Shown here in pieces: positions 63,598 through 64,000 of a stretch of DNA of 64,000 bases; position 1 is the stretch's first letter, and the number at the start of each line of letters is the position of its first letter. This stretch comes from Alphaproteobacteria bacterium (GTDB lineage: Bacteria > Pseudomonadota > Alphaproteobacteria > UBA828): positions 3,328,001 to 3,392,000 of the forward strand of contig OZ243972.1 in the NCBI GenBank assembly GCA_965214705.1, in the 5' to 3' direction. A program made the position numbers and the translations under genes. The notes beneath the pieces were generated by a model that was not told the origin of the DNA, searched no databases, and saw only the letters and a program-made list of their open reading frames with translations.

Positions 63598-64000
63598 CAC
63601 ACCGACAAGGCCGGCCAGCCGGTCCGAAGCCATCGCCTCGTGCTCGCCCAGCGCGTCGGCGACAAGGTGCGCCACAGGACGCTGCTCAATCTCGGCACCG
63701 ACTATCCGGTGCCGCGCGAGAAGTGGAAGGCCGTCACCGAACTCGCCGAGGCGCTGCTTCACGGCAAGCCGCCGCTGTTCGAGGGCGAGGCGGATGTGCG
63801 GGCCGCAGCCGAGGACATCGTCGCCAAGCTCAGGGCCAGGGGGTTCCGCGTCGAGGCGATGCAGGAAGAGGCGCGCAAGCCCGACATCGCCACCGTCGAC
63901 CTCGATACCCTGGAGCACGAGAACCCGCGCACGGTCGGCTGCGAGCGCCTGTGCCTCAAGGCCCTCGACGCCCTCGGCTTCGCCGAAATCCTCCACGGCC
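63598..64000 (+). pseudogene. Body of the IS1634 transposase lacking its start (runs off the window)
   Basis: HRLVLAQRVGDKVRHRTLLNLG..TVDLDTLEHENPRTVGCERL; frame open to the window end; its start codon lies at 27661. Confidence 0.82.

Overview
High-GC DNA whose gene content looks alphaproteobacterial. Bases 1-14.1 kb are core or near-core chromosome: pdhA-pdhB-pdhC-lpdA-lipA-ratA, an amidase, a GST, an ETC complex I subunit, a gluconolactonase, RraA, a glutamine amidotransferase and an ornithine cyclodeaminase, with two inserted TA modules (MazEF, HigBA). From about 14.6 kb to the end is an accessory region. It opens with a MITE-disrupted integrase and a lactam/amide catabolic cluster (amidase, class III aminotransferase, hydantoinase B/A, TauD-like dioxygenase, IclR, CoA-transferase). 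The rest is a 35.9 kb integrative element (27685-63609) bounded by a 12-bp direct repeat, which splits an IS1634 transposase gene. This element has two tandem tyrosine recombinases at one end and a conserved non-coding module plus an RHH gene at the other. A second member of the same family (34892-53557) is nested inside it in the opposite orientation and splits a two-domain cold-shock gene. An orphan third end lies at about 49.4 kb. Cargo includes a REase-MTase fusion, a DUF4238 protein, a TraA-like helicase remnant hit by an ISAs1 (DUF4338-fused transposase) that itself carries three IS66-family insertions, an EEP nuclease, and an intact five-gene operon: TPR-like protein, J-like protein (HPP), GrpE, Hsp70 and a Zn-ribbon protein. 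All calls come from manual motif reading; no database searches were run.
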